Positions 15,061 to 30,680 of a DNA stretch of 64,000 nucleotides are shown one piece after another. The notes below the pieces were generated by a model. The model was not told the DNA's origin, did no database searches, and saw only the letters and a list, made by a program, of their open reading frames with translations. The translations under genes were made by a program, and so were the position numbers. Origin of the DNA: Eledone cirrhosa (taxonomy: Eukaryota); assembly GCA_964016885.1 (NCBI GenBank), contig OZ024755.1, positions 8,680,001-8,744,000 of the forward strand, written 5' to 3'. Every line of letters starts with the position of its first letter. Position 1 is the stretch's first letter.

Positions 15061-17356
15061 TTTAATAAACTTACAGCAATATCTATCACACTAGACTATC
15101 TATAAATATTCTTTCTTCTTATGTTAGGCGCCTGACAATCTTTATTGTACTCCCCAATTGTAACATTTTACAACATTACTCTCTAGATTTAGCAGTAATG
15201 TCCTTTCAAGGTGCATCATGATCATCGCACAGAAAATTCTTTACCTCTACTTATTTCTCAGTGATCCATCTTCCGAATGATTTCTGGTCATCATGCTCAG
15301 ATATGTGTATATGTTAAAATCTGCAATAATACCTGAAAAGGTATCCGAGAGCCCTTCATTGTGGAATATAAACTGACCGTTGAGATCGTACAAGCTTAGA
15401 AAGAGCTACAAATGCAAACATTTTTTTTGCTAAATACATATTTGAAATTATGAAAGATTTATTAGCGTCAATTTTTGTTAGTGCACCGCTTTATTATACC
15501 TGAGTTAATTATTATGTTGTACGAGTCAAACCTTCATTATGAATGGTTAAGAATTTAGTTTCATGATCATAAGGTCTCGGGTCCGAATTAACCACATGCC
15601 AGAGACAGATACAGTTTAAAATACCTTCAGATAGAACTTTGCCTATAATTCAAAGGAGAAACTGTGTCTCCCTAAATTTCCATGAAATTTACATTCAGAA
15701 TATATATGACTATGAAATTTTCAGCGATGACATGCGTGTTAGTTTTACAGGCAGTATATACTTTTGATCAAAGAAATGGAACATGTACCTTCGAAACTGA
15801 CGGAGAACCACTCTATAGATTGACTTGTGCACTACTCCACAGTTTTCTTTCTTTTTTAAACAACAGATATGTGCTGAAAATGACAGTGAAAGTTTCACAT
15901 CTGATGTTTTTAATCTCTTGGGTAAAGAACAACTTCCTCTCAGACTGATGTAAGATCGGAATAATTGCATGTATTTTTTCTTGACCTGTCAGATATTAGT
16001 AAGTAGTTTGTGTTGCAAAAGACGTTACTGACACCTACTTCCAACTCTTCATACCATTCCCAAATTGATTTTCAAAAATTGTTTTTCTTTCTTCAAGAGA
16101 ATCATTGTGTTTACCACTTTCTGATGATCCATGATAGCAATATATCATATGTAGAAACAGATTGTTTGTAGTAAGAGACTCTGTTCTGTATATATTGTTG
16201 TATAAACACTCCCGCTCTGACATTTGATGAGATCAAAATATATGTAAAACATATCTGGCTACTGAATTTATATATGTTGTCACTATTATGGGGTTGAGAA
16301 CTCATGCTTATAAATTATCTGTACTATAGGATTGAGTACTCATTCAATAGAACAGAACCAAAACCACATAGATGGGAAGCAGATTTCGTAATTACACAGC
16401 CATGTCTGTACCTATATAGAAAGAGCTGTGTTAGAAATCAACATTATCAGAAATATTATTCAAAGGAAATAGACGGTTAGTTGTCTTTTGTGTATATTTT
16501 ATTTTAAAATATTTATTTTTTAATTGTTGATTTAAGTTTATCAATATTTATTTTGTTATTTTTTATAATTAAAAATATAGTGAATTTAAAATTTCGCCGA
16601 AATTTATCTTTTTCGAACAGGAACTAAAAAGCGAATTAAATTCATTTACAAAATTTAGTTGAGATGAGATAAGCTAAATACTTGAAGATGCGGAACATTG
16701 GCAGTGTATTGGTAGGAAAGGAAAATTTATTAGCAGGGTGAACGAAAAGTATAAAGATTAATTAAAGGTCGGAGGAGAGACATATGGAATTAATACGAAA
16801 AGATTGATAATGTCTCTCTCCATTTCTCCCATTCTCTCTTTCCCTCTCTACCTGTCTCGCTCTTTCTATCTCTCTCTTTCTGTGACTAATTTGTGGTGTT
16901 AGTTATAATTTCAAGAGAATTGGGTTCATGTTTATTTATAATCAGTGATTATTAACTATTAACCTAATGTGCGTATAAGTAACGTATAGTGATGTGTGGT
17001 ATATATAAATTTAAGATTAGTTATAGGATTCTAATAGTACCCAGAGATTTTACTAACGTCAATGATATTAAATTATATATATACGATGGTTGTTCATTCG
17101 CTATCGTGTATAAATAACCTCTACATCCTTTCCTCTTTCTCTGTCTAAATGTGATGCCACACCATGTGTGTATGTGTGTATGTGTGTGTATATGTGTGTG
17201 TGTCTGTGTGTGTATCTGTGTGTGTGTATGTGTGTATGGTGCCTTTTATAGCACTGGCTATGAATTATATCTAATTTTCTGGATTCCCTAACTTGCGCAT
17301 ATGTTATAGATGATCTGAATAATGCACACTCACATGCATATACCCATAAATGCATG

Positions 17357-18010
<654 letters not shown>

Positions 18011-18616
18011 AAGATGAAGTATACACACGAATAGTACGTCTCATACACCTGCCAATCTAGGAGCAAAAGTTGAAGGACACAGTAAGCTCTAAGAGGCAAT
18101 CTTCTAGATATAGAAGGAAGAAGTAGAAATGGCTAAAATCAAAGACCAAAACAGGTGCATGAACGCAATATGATGTCCGCTATGCTGACATTTATGTCAG
18201 GGTTTTAAAACATTTCTCGAAATAGCATATTCATTATTTAATGTAGACTGCTAAAGCAAGATCGTGTAATGACTATCTTTGTATATCGAACAACAATTAT
18301 CCAACTAGATTCTCAAAGAATATGTGAAGACTATGATTTCTAAAAACGGTAGATATAGAGTAATACCGTCCGTGCTGATCAGAAACAGTGCAGATATGCA
18401 AATGTGTTATAAATATATAAAATGGCGGATCATCAACTGGCATGAAATCTTTGTACTTTACGTAAAGTTCATGCGGTCAATATAGGCAATAATATATTCC
18501 TAATCTTTTGGGATATTGTATTAAATTACAGTGCTATTATTCTGTGTATCTTATTAACAGTCAATATATGTATATAATAATAATCTCTCTCTCGCTCTCT
18601 CTCCCTCACTCTCTCT

Positions 18617-18669
<53 letters not shown>

Positions 18670-18728
18670 AATAACAGGAGGCTGGACTGGGGTAATTCCT
18701 TAAAGGTTTATTATACTATGAACATTTA

Positions 18729-18770
18729 AACTGACCGGTTTCAGTATGAAACCGGTGACATCATCAGGTA
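18729..18770 (-). ncRNA. Degenerate hammerhead-like motif
   Basis: Minus strand reads CTGATGA-tgtcaccggtttcatact-GAAA-CCGG-TC, with palindromic stem III ACCGGT and a GUC triplet, but stems I and II pair poorly. Lies in an island of about 175 bp between (TA)n tracts. Confidence 0.4.
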
Positions 18771-18864
18771 TTCGAAATTTAACAAAGGAATATAATCCAT
18801 GGGGCTGAAAAGGCAGAGAGACAAGAAGGTGGCCACACAGTATATATATATATATATATATATA

Positions 18865-18885
18865 TACAGAGCGAGAGAGAGGGGA

Positions 18886-18917
<32 letters not shown>

Positions 18918-18918
18918 G

Positions 18919-19001
<83 letters not shown>
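18865..19001. repeat. (GA)n microsatellite
   Basis: Direct reading. Confidence 0.95.
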
Positions 19002-19004
<3 letters not shown>

Positions 19005-19277
19005 AGGTGGATGGCTCAGTCGTTAGTTGGATTTACACACGTGACGTTTGATTCTTTGACCGAACAATGAGTTGTGTGCTTAAGCAAAACATTTTCATTA
19101 TGAATATATTCTTTTTTCAAGAGTTGTATAAAACTCAATGGATAGATAGCATAATTGTTTTGAGAACAATAGACAGATTGTTATATTTTAAATTTAATGT
19201 CAAAATGTTGATAGAATAAAAGAACATCATACCTGTGCTCACACACTCAGTCACAAACACTGATACACACACACACG

Positions 19278-19335
<58 letters not shown>

Positions 19336-20060
19336 ATATATATATATAGTAATAATAATAAATGTGAAGACTAAAATCCATCCAAAGATGGCTCGATAAG
19401 CGTAATATATATATAAAATTATATATAAAAACCGTAGCTATAAATTCAGTTTCCGTGGAATGACACTTTTGCAGAAGCTTAAAAGTACAATAGAATGTAT
19501 AAACAGTGTCATTATCTATATGAGGCTGTTTTATGGCTGAAAGTTAACAAATGTTTACTTCAGTCATTTGGCATGTAATTAATATTCAGAAATTAGTAGA
19601 AACTTTAAAACAATTACTAATCCTCATGTCAGAGACTCCTGGCAATATTTAGTGTCTATCATGTGTGATCAAACTAATTTACTGTTCTTTCTTTTCTCTT
19701 CTTTAAAATGATCTATGTACAGTGTTTATATAATTTTGATTAATCACTGTTCTACAAATTCAAACTGTAAGCTGAAGAATATAATCATGGAAAGAGGTTT
19801 AAGTTTGATTCTACCGTGTTGTATTTTTTAGGTCTTTTGCTGAACATGAAATTACGATGTATGAATGTAATAGTAATAATAGTTATCATTTGTATATTAG
19901 CCACAGGGATTCGCGTATATTAAACAATAAACAACTTAATCATAGGGCTTACAGTAAAAGGGCGGAGATGGATTGAAATTGAATGAGGCATGAATAAATA
20001 TAAGATTAGTGTAGAACACACAATAAAATATCACGTGATATAATGTAAACATGAAGAAAA

Positions 20061-20250
20061 AATAATTGTTTCTACTTTAGGCACAAGGCCAGCGATTACC
20101 CAGTGCATTACTGGTACTTTATTTTATCGACCCCGTAAGGATGAAAGGCAAAGTCAACCTCGGCGGGATTTGAACTCAGATCGTAAAGGGACGTAACTAT
20201 GCTGGAAAGCATGGCGTCCGACCCTCCACCGATACTGCCAATCCACCGCC
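20061..20250 (-). mobile_element. tRNA-derived SINE, full length (Meta-domain-like body)
   Basis: Minus strand has an A-box-like ttggcagtatcgg, B-box gagttcaaatc, body gcctttcatccttacggggtcgataaaataaagtaccagt and an (att)n-like tail. Multiple near-identical copies in the window. Confidence 0.85.
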
Positions 20251-20274
20251 CTTCATGAAGAAAAAATAATAATA

Positions 20275-20805
20275 ATACGTATTGTCTTGAAAACGGAGCT
20301 TAACTCGAGAAATGAACTTATTGCCAAAAATGCGCTTGCAATCCCAGTTGTTACCTACAGTTTCAATATCATAAATTGTAACGTTAATGAAAGTAAAACA
20401 ATGGACACCAAAATCACGAAACCTTTGAACTGTCATAAAACATATCACCCAAAAGCAGATGTGCATCCTCTCCAACTCCCTAGACAAAATGGAGCTATGT
20501 TACAGGATATCGACCGTTGGAATCGATCAGTATATTGAAACTATAGATGACTGGATGATGAAAATGATTGCAGACCACGAAAGGAAGAAGTTACATTTAG
20601 TCACAAAGGGAGGAAGGAAGAGTGTGGAAGAATTGAGAATAAATTTTGAAAATGATGACTATTCTGCAATGAAAGCCACAAAGAACATCAATGTGTGCAC
20701 TAAATGGGAGCAAAACCACTGCATGGGCAGTATGTGTTCCATAGCAAAGAAATTGATGCAGATCAAACTTTCGCCTATCAGTGACTGCGGAGTTGTGGGC
20801 TAACA
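20275..20805 (+). mobile_element. R4/Dong-clade non-LTR retrotransposon fragment (region C-terminal to RT), frameshifted
   Basis: Translation LKTELNSRNELIAKNALAIPVVTYSFNIIN...MDTKITKPLNCHKTYHPKADVHPLQLPRQNG resembles the recalled R4/Dong pattern L.S.LN..NK..AIN..A.PV..YSF.II.W...D...RK.L.....HHPK.D..RLYLPR..GG. Confidence 0.75.
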
Positions 20806-21667
20806 TATTCTGTGAATGTGGGATATCTTGTCAATCAAAGTGTAGTGGTTATGAAGCGAAGCAGATTATATATTCATAATTTCATCCATGATCACCCTTT
20901 TATTTATAAGAAACAGTGTATACAATACTATATTTTCTAGCATGTCGCTACTTTTTAAAACGGAATGATAGCATTTGGTGAGATATGGTTATATATTTAG
21001 GATTTCGTGCTAACAGAGCCTCTGGGCATATTTGTATTGGCTATTTACATCTCAAGTTATTTTCATACATACCAAACTGATAAAATTTAAGATTAATACA
21101 CATCGCTTCATGTTTATATGAATACCATTTCCATATACAGTATACAATAATCCAGCATTAGACTACTGTGGTACGCGTATTTTGACACATATTAACATAT
21201 TTTTTATACATATTTATTAAACAAACAAGGAAGCTAGCTCTAAAATCTGTATACTGTATATACTGTGTATATACTCTATAAACTCTACATACATGGACAC
21301 AGTTATGTCTGTGTGGTCAATACTCCCAAGTTCAACCAGGTGGTTTATCTCCCCCTTCTTGAGCAAATGTTATAAGGACTACCCAAAGCAGGCAATGTTC
21401 TTGCTCTGATTGATATAGGAAACGACAACAAGAGGGTGTGGCAGTAGTGTCATTAACGGAAGAGGGGAGGGGGAGACAAAGTGACGGTGATCGATATTGG
21501 GCAGAGAACTGGAAGATCAATTGTTTATGTCTAATCCTAAGATCGAATCCTAATATACAAACATTTAATTATTATGAGAAAATAGATATGAATAAATTAT
21601 TGAAACCTTATACAATCAGTGTCTTGCTTATACAATCAGTGACTTCCACAGAAAATAGTAAAGGTAC

Positions 21668-23190
21668 TGGTGGTGGTGGTGATGGTGGTGGTGGTGGTGT
21701 AAGTGGTGGTGGTGGTGGTGGTGATGGTGGTGGTGGTTGGGCGTGGTGGTGGTGGTGTTGGTGGTGGTGGTGGTGGTGGTGGTGCTGATGGTGGTGGTGG
21801 TGTTGGTGGTGTTGGTGGTGGTGATGGTGGTGGTGTTGGTGGTGTTGGTGGTGGTGGTGGTGATGGTGGTGTTTGGGCGTGGTGGTGGTGTTTGTGGTGT
21901 CGGTGGTGGTGGTGGTGATGGTGGTGGTGTTGGTGGTGTTGGTGGTGTTGGTGGTGATGGTGGTGGTGGTTGGGCGTGGTGGTGTTGGTGGTGTTGGTGG
22001 TGTTGGTGGTGTCGGTGGTGATGATGGTGGTGGTTGGGCGTGGTGGTGGTGTTGGTGGTGGTGGTGGCGGTGTAAAATCAATAATGAGAGAAGTAGTAGT
22101 AGGAGGAGAAGGAGAAGGATTAGAGCAGCAACGGTACAAGTAGTAGTAGTAGCAGTAGTGGTGGTTGTGGTAGTAGTAGTAGTGGTGGTGGTGGTGGTGG
22201 TGGTGGTAGTAGTGGTGGTGGTAGTAGTAGTGGTGGTAGTGGTAGCGGTGGTGGTGGTGGTGGTAGTAGTAGTAGTAGTGGTGGTGGTGGTGGTGGTGGT
22301 GGTGGTGGTGGTGGTGGTAGTAGCAGTAGTAGTGGTGGTGGTGGTGGTGGTGGTGGTAGTAGTAGTAAGTTAACTACATTTGCTTTAGTTGGACAATGTT
22401 GATGTTGGTAGTGTTTCTAGCCTGTAATGATGGTGATGATGATGATGATGACTTTCGTTATTGCCATGATTACGATGATGATGCTTGTGTTGAGTATAAT
22501 GATGTGAGCGATGATGATGGATGTGGAAATTAGAATGATGATGTTGATGTTGATGGGGATGGTGATGGGGATGGTTATTATGATTATATTGATTGTGGTA
22601 TGGATGATGCTGATGATGATGATTGCTATAGTAATTGGAATGATGATGGAGGTGATGGTGGTGGTGAGGATTGTTGCGATTATAATTATGATGGTGATGG
22701 CGATGGTGATGGTTGTGATAATTGTAACGATGGTGGAGGTGGTGGTGGAGATAGGGGGCAATGATGATGATGCTTGTAGCGATTGTAAAGGTGGTGGAGG
22801 TGATGGAGGAGGTGGTGAGGATTATTGTGATTATAATTACGAGGGTGATGGTGATGGTGATGGTGGTGGTGATGGTGGTGACGATGGTAATGATGGTGAT
22901 TAATAAATAGGTTGATTGTGGTGATGATGATGGTGACGGTGGTGACGATGGTGGTGATGGTGGTGGCGATGAATAAAGAGGCTGATGATGATGATAATGG
23001 TGGTGATGATGATGATGGTGATGGTGGTGACGATGGTGGTGATGGTGGTGGCGATGAATAAAGAGGCTGATGATGATGGTTGTGATGATGATGATGGTGA
23101 TGGTGGTCACGATGGTGGTGATGGTGGTGATGGTGGTGGCGATTAATAAAGAGGCTGATGATGATGGTGATGATGATGATGTTGATAATA
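21668..23190 (+). repeat. Compound trinucleotide array (GGT)n-(AGT/GGT)n-(GAT/GGT)n with higher-order units
   Basis: ttgggcgtggtggt recurs 4 times and aataaagaggctgatgatgat recurs 3 times. Confidence 0.95.
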
Positions 23191-23497
23191 ATCACTGGTG
23201 GTTCATAATTGATTGTGAGTGAGATCAAAGACTTATGATTTTTATGTGCAGGCACGATCACTGTTGGTTGTTGGCATCTGATCATAGATTTTCGGTGCTT
23301 GGATTCGATGGATCGTTCCCATCTGTATTTGTATAATTGAATATATTAATGTTAGCTTTATTGCTTGGTCTGTGCTAGAGTTGGGTAGAGTAAATAGAAT
23401 TATTACAAGCCAATATGTCATGTTGCCTGCTTCTTCTTCTGTAGATACACATATATAGATATACATAGATATACATGTATATATACATATATATAAA

Positions 23498-23548
<51 letters not shown>

Positions 23549-23596
23549 GAAATAGGATTTCGCTTCAAGAATAGCTTTATACAATATGTATAAATA

Positions 23597-23665
23597 TGTA
23601 TCTCCAAAGAAATACAGTTTTTGCATAGCTACGGCTTCCTAAAACTGTATTTCTTTGGAGATACA
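23597..23665. repeat. Perfect 25-bp inverted repeat with 19-nt loop, between (TA)n tracts
   Basis: tgtatctccaaagaaatacagtttt / aaaactgtatttctttggagataca. Confidence 0.85.
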
Positions 23666-23669
23666 AAAT

Positions 23670-24079
<410 letters not shown>

Positions 24080-24842
24080 TTGTGTGTGCGTGTTTGTGAG
24101 TGTTTGTGTGTCTGCGTGTGTATTTGTGTGCGTAGAGAGAGTGAGAGTGTGAATTTTTATTATTATATTTATATTATCGATATGGTGTTGTACCCGGCCT
24201 TTCCCGGTTTTATTAATACCTAAAATTAATATAATCACATGAAATCCCTATATTTTGAATAATTTTCCCCTTGATCTGACAATGTTGATTCACTTAGAAT
24301 TGATGCCTGCAAGCCACCCAGAACTAGTTCGAATGAACCTTCAGAAAAATGCGTAAATGATCATCAAATACAGAATTTAAAATAAAATTATATTAAATTT
24401 CGTTTTTCCATTTTCTGGATAGAAAAACATTTTTTTTCTTTTTTTTTCCACAATATTGTATTACTTTACATAATTTCTCTACATGAATTATTTTCATAAT
24501 CAGTAACGATTTCCAATGTCTTTGAAAGTTCATAGAAATGTAGAAAATTTTAAAACTGTTTTTCAAAGATGTAAAAGAAGAGATTGTATAATAGAACAAA
24601 GTAACATGGTGTATAACTTGTTTAAAAGATGTGCCTCTGTAAAAAATTACAAGAACCTGGGTATTAATATGTGGGCGACAATTTGAAACATATATTTTTT
24701 TGTACAGTTAACTCTTTCATTTCACTGCAAGTAATTTTGGAAATAATCAAGAATTTGGAATACATATTATATTAAAACATCTAAATATCTAATTAATCTG
24801 GTGTTTGAAACATAAAAGGTGCTTACATAAAATCATTATCAG

Positions 24843-25017
24843 GGCGGTGAATTGGCAGTATCGGTAGACGGTCGGACGCCATGCTTTGTAGCATAGAGTT
24901 ACGGCCCTTTAAGATCTGAGTTCAAATCCTGCCGAGGTTAACTTTGCCTTTCATCCTTAGGGGGTGATAAAATAAAGTACCAGTAATGCACCTTGTGCCA
25001 AAAGTAGAAACAATTAT
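24843..25017 (+). mobile_element. SINE, same family
   Basis: ggcggtgaattggcagtatcgg...gagttcaaatc...gcctttcatcc...agtagaaacaattat, with a small internal deletion. Confidence 0.85.
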
Positions 25018-26443
25018 CGAAAGCTTTAGATAAATATTTTGAACAATAAATCCAGGAAGAATTTCGGGTGGTTTGATATGAAAAGTACGAGAAATATAAA
25101 CTGAAATCAAACACTGAATATACGTATTTGAAGAAGGGGGGAGAAGTAGATTGCCGCACTGATAGATAGTTAGATAGATAGAATGATAAATTAATTGATT
25201 GACAGACAGCCCCCTCGCAGTACTCCCCTCTCTCTCTCTCTATCTCTCTCACACTCTTTCGCTCTCTCTTTCTCTCTCTCTCTCTTCCTCTCCCCCCTCT
25301 CTCTCTCTCTCTCTCTCTGCACACATATACAGACACGCACACACAGAGAGAAACACCCGCACATCACGGCCACCTTCATGAAGTGAAGTGCATTTCCCAT
25401 AAGTAAAGGTTTCTGTTTGATTAACTATAATAGTACAACACCTACACAGAATTAGAACGATATTTTTATCCCAAGATGCCTGGAGTGTCTGAAATATCCT
25501 ACAAACGCAGAATAAGAGAAAGCACAACACAATTATTTATCTCTATCCACGTAGCTAACGCATTTTATTAACTCTTTTACCGCAACAAACTATCGCTAGT
25601 TTCCCACATCTCAATTTAAAATATATAATAGACACTTATGTTTTGTGCATTGGTGTCCCAGTTGGCCGATGAACCAGTCAGCCAAATGGCTCAGTATTCG
25701 ATGTAGACGTATAAAATTGAGGCAATTCTTAGCAAGATTTAGTGTGACACGATGTGAGACAAGGGTAGATTTTAAAATTACAAATGCTGTTTATCTTTCT
25801 GTGCAATTTGACTGATAATTTCTGAGACACATGGACAACTAACTTTATTCTTATGGTAATTCGGCATGACACAGAGATTGACAAGTCTTGTCCTTTGAAT
25901 TACATGTGTGGCGCATCAAACGGGTTTCTAAATAGTTACAATTTCACTAACAATGCTTTTGTTGATTCGTGAGTGTAATAAATCTAACATATTCAATTTA
26001 TCACAAGGTTAAATCGAACTCTAGATTTCATGAACGCGAAGGGAACTTATTAAGCATTCGATTCGACTATTCTAGTTAATAAATACTTAACAATTAAAAT
26101 ATATATTCTAATAACGGACGTATAGACGATAGAAGTATGTGGTGCGAACAATTCCTATATTTACACAGATGGCTAACAGCGCCTAATAACGTGAGGAATT
26201 AAGAAGGAACTATATCAAAAATATATGAAAGAAGGATTTTCAATAATATAAGGCCTGGAGAGAAAATGAGTATCTGTGTGGTGGGGTGTTTGTCAGGTTT
26301 GTTTGTGTGTACAAGTATGAGTGCGTGTTTTTTTGTGCATGGTATAAAGTTTAGAATATATATATAAGCGCACATACTTGCTTAAACAATCTGACACACA
26401 CGCACAAACATGCCCACACACACATATGTATATATAGATATAA

Positions 26444-26511
<68 letters not shown>

Positions 26512-26539
26512 GTGTGGATGTATGCGTATTGCCTTTGTT

Positions 26540-26591
<52 letters not shown>

Positions 26592-26899
26592 AACATATAT
26601 ATATATTTGTGGGGGGGGGGTCTGTGTGTGTACGTGTGTGTGTGTATGCATGTCTGTGTGGAAGAAACAGGGAAGATTAATTAATTTTATTTATATATAC
26701 TTTTGTTTATTCGCAGAAGTAAAACCACAATGCTTTGTGATATTCTTTGGAGAAAATTACTTTTTCTGAAGAACCCGGAGGCATCGTTATCACATATATT
26801 AGTATTTTAATATATAACTAGCAGGACTCCTGGAACTTTCAAGCTTTGTAAATGTTCTTATTTCTCTTTTGATACATGAATATATAAATCTTGAGAATA

Positions 26900-27850
26900 T
26901 TATTTTGATCATGTATTCATTTTCGTTTTATCGTTAGAATTGTTTAAATCCCAACATTCATTACGACGTTGCCTTTTCTACATTGTTATGGTTGTTTAAA
27001 GCATAAAACTGCTCCCTTCTTTATGTTAAATACTTCAATTATATCACCGATTTCATTTCATAGTTAATGTTGTGTAAAGCCGAGCACTTAAACTTTGTTC
27101 AATATGCAAAAAAAACAACAACATTATTGTTGGGGATTTCATTTTATATTTAAAGTTGTTTAAAGCGTAACATTCAAAATTGTTTCATTAAGATAATGAT
27201 CTTGATTATTACATCTGCTTCCTTCCATAATTAAGGCTGTTGAAATCGTTAAAAAAATCTAAATCCATAGATTTTAAAATATACCACGTGCTTGATATTA
27301 TTCCTTATTTAAAATTGTTAAAAGAGTAACATTGAAAATGATTCAATTGATTTAAAGACTTCGATTATGACTTACATTTTGTGCTATAGTTAAAACTGCA
27401 ATTTGTTTAAGTACATTGAATACTTAAGTCATATGATTGATTCATGGGGTTTTTCAACGAATAAAGCGCCAAATTATATTATTTTTTTAGTTTATGTTAT
27501 AAATATTCTTTCGAGTTAAATTTGTTCAAGGTGTAAATCACGGATTAATTCATTATGCTGAACCCATGGATTATAATTATGGTTTCTTTCATTAACCAAT
27601 TTCGTTCAATTATATAACAGGAAATTTCTTCATTATTTTTAAAATATTAACATCTTTAGTGCCACTGATTGAGTTGCTTAAAATGTAATGTATGTAATTG
27701 TTTCGGGACACAAATCATTGCGATTATATTTTCAATATATTCCACGGTTGTTCATTGGTTAAGAATGAAACATGATTTATTCTGTTAAATATTTCGATTA
27801 TATCTCTGATTTCATTTTATAGTTAAGCTTAACTATATAACACATGCCAT
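26900..27850 (+). repeat. Old tandem array, units of roughly 75-80 bp
   Basis: Recurrent (ag)ttaa.gttgtttaaa...aacatt...cgatta motif about 10-12 times. Confidence 0.55.
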
Positions 27851-27958
27851 AAAAAAAACAGAATAATATTAGAGATAGTGCGGCTTCTTGAACATTTTCT
27901 GGCAGTTATCACTGTTATTACTAAAGACGATAATTATGGTTATATTTTTTTTAAACCG

Positions 27959-28008
<50 letters not shown>

Positions 28009-28013
28009 ATATG

Positions 28014-28053
<40 letters not shown>

Positions 28054-28175
28054 GGTGCAGTCGTTATTGTGTAGTCAAGAAATTGGCTCCGCAACAAATA
28101 TATTCTACTGTAGCGTTTCTTTGACCAGTGGCAAGTAAATGAAAATTGTAATTCGGAAATGCAGATCTCGCAATA

Positions 28176-28208
<33 letters not shown>

Positions 28209-28985
28209 TTCTACACGACGAGCTTCTGTATATATATATATATAGATAGATAGAGAGAGAGAGAGATTTTTACAAGACGATCTTCTGTATATATGTATAT
28301 ATATATATAACGAACGAAGTGTGGTAAGGAACCAGGTGGACCATAAGGCACCAGAACGGCTTGAGCTCTGGCGTCAGGGTTCTGTCTCTTTTCCTATATA
28401 TATATATGTGGGGGGGGTAGTTCAGCGAAAAAAGATCCATAAGGTGTATAGTAGACTTGAAATATAAAATACGAATTTGATCTACTTTCATGTGGTGCTC
28501 CAGCATTGCTACATTCAAATGACTGAAACCAGTAAACGAATAAAAGACAAAAAGTATATCTTTGCTGTGTGTGGATACGTGTATGAGCGTGTTTGCATGT
28601 GACGGACTATATATGTAAATGTATGTATGAGTCTGCATGTCGAGCATTATTAGAACTCTATAAACAGCGACATGATCCTTGCATAATAATTAAAAAAATT
28701 GCAATCTCACGAGATTTCAATGACATTGTTGCCTACGCTAACTAGGTCAGGCGCTGATACGTATTAGACAACATACGCTACTATATGTATGTGCATGCTT
28801 CCAGTAGTGTGGTGATGTGTGCAGTCAGAAGTATGTGCAGGCATGTGTGTGTTCAACTTATTTTTATATCAATGAATCTTAGCACATGCGATCCAACATT
28901 TTATCGAATTTCACAAGATTTTTTTAAAGGCAACAGGGCTGTAGTTTTGCAAACAACACGAGATTACAGCGATATCAATTAATAG

Positions 28986-29051
<66 letters not shown>

Positions 29052-29101
29052 GTATGTATATATATACGTATATATATATATATATATATAAATATATATA
29101 A

Positions 29102-29168
<67 letters not shown>

Positions 29169-30519
29169 TACGCATTGTATTATATATGTGAGTGTGTATG
29201 TTTACGCGTGTGTGTGTTTGTAAATATGTATGCGTGTATAAATGCAATAACTCCGTAGTAGCTACATTACCACAGTGTTTTCCCTGCTGGTCGATAGCAC
29301 GTGAATTTCCCGCTTACTATCCAAGGTTTTGTACCTATGACTCATTATCAAGGATGAGAAATCGAGCAAGAAATATCCTGCTGAGAATAGATGAAATACA
29401 TAAAATATAATACAAAAACTTGCCTTAAGATACTTTGCAGTCCATAGAAAAAAGTCTATTAAAGAATGTTTTATGATAAAGAAGAAGTATATGTGTATGT
29501 ATCTATGGTTACACTCTACAATATTTCTTCCACTTTTCAAGTTAGTAGCGCATGATTTTAAAATATGTGGCTGCTATGTTCAGCACGTTGACTAATCGTG
29601 TCATATGGCATTAGTATTAAGTAGAAAAGTTACATTTTCTTCGTATTGTGTAGTGATGGTAAAACGCACAGCGCCCATGACAGTTATAAAGGTATAAAAA
29701 GTGATTGTGTTTGCTTTATCTCCGGTTACATTATTCAATATATTCTTACATTTAATAAATCGGTCTAGTTGATCTGCATTGATGAGCTATATGTATATCT
29801 AGCAAGTCAACCGAGATTGTAATATGTCATTCATTGATATTATGAAGAGACAGGTAGAGTTAAATAGTTACATTTCTCTTTTCGCCATCATCAGGTACTG
29901 GGATCGAACCTTGTGCATATCATTGTGGGCAATTGCTTTCTAAGTTGCCTGGAGCCAGCCCAGGGTAAAACGTGCAGTGGAACGATGAGTTAATATATCA
30001 TATTTTCTGAGTATAAAAGTGGCATTAGCTTTGAAGGTTCAGCATGTTCTTTGATGTCACTGTAAACGTTTTACCAAAACATCAAGCATTCAGTGCTCAT
30101 TCAGTTAATATTTGAATGTCTTAAGTTACGGGCGGGGGATGTTAATGAGGGTGGGAGTGAAGGAGTGTTGATGAAGATTTAAAAGAATTAAAGTATATAT
30201 ATATATATATACAAGAGGTGAAGGAAAATATTGAATGGCACCCCACCTCCCCCATACACGCCCAAATCTCTTATATAGAGATTCACACATCACAACGCAA
30301 CCATAGATCAGTTTGACAGTCGCCACTGACAGATGTGAGAAAGTTCTCCAAGAAAGTTAACTAGGAATATTTTTTTTTTATTTTCACCGAAGTTAACAAA
30401 TAATTTACTAGATCTACAAAAGAAAATTGTAAAATTTAATTGTTTAGAACTAAAAGTAATGTACTGGGTAATTGCTGGCCTTGTGCCAAAAATAGAAACA
30501 ATTATTTTCCTTTTTCAAA

Positions 30520-30593
<74 letters not shown>

Positions 30594-30680
30594 CGCAGTG
30601 AAACAATTATAAATACATATATATATAAAGTTCAATGAAATATCGGTAAAACTTAATATTGAAATAATCGCTAAGTTCAA

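Noticed and set aside
20287-20803. Two overlapping plus-strand ORFs as a host gene
   Set aside because: They are frameshifted pieces of an R4/Dong-like retrotransposon ORF.
21438-23285. His/Pro/Thr/Val/Gly-rich ORFs on both strands
   Set aside because: Open in several frames simply because of GGT/GAT repeats; no splice signals or unique coding sequence.
24185-24380. Helitron/Helentron-like start (tacccggcctttcccgg)
   Set aside because: Only a short hairpin-like motif; no second terminus or second copy to support it.
24843-24930. tRNA gene suggested by A and B boxes
   Set aside because: The boxes belong to SINE heads continuing into the repeated SINE body; no cloverleaf with an acceptor stem.
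29870-29900. Minus-strand CTGATGA-tggc-GAAA
   Set aside because: No stem II, stem III or stem I pairing; chance match.
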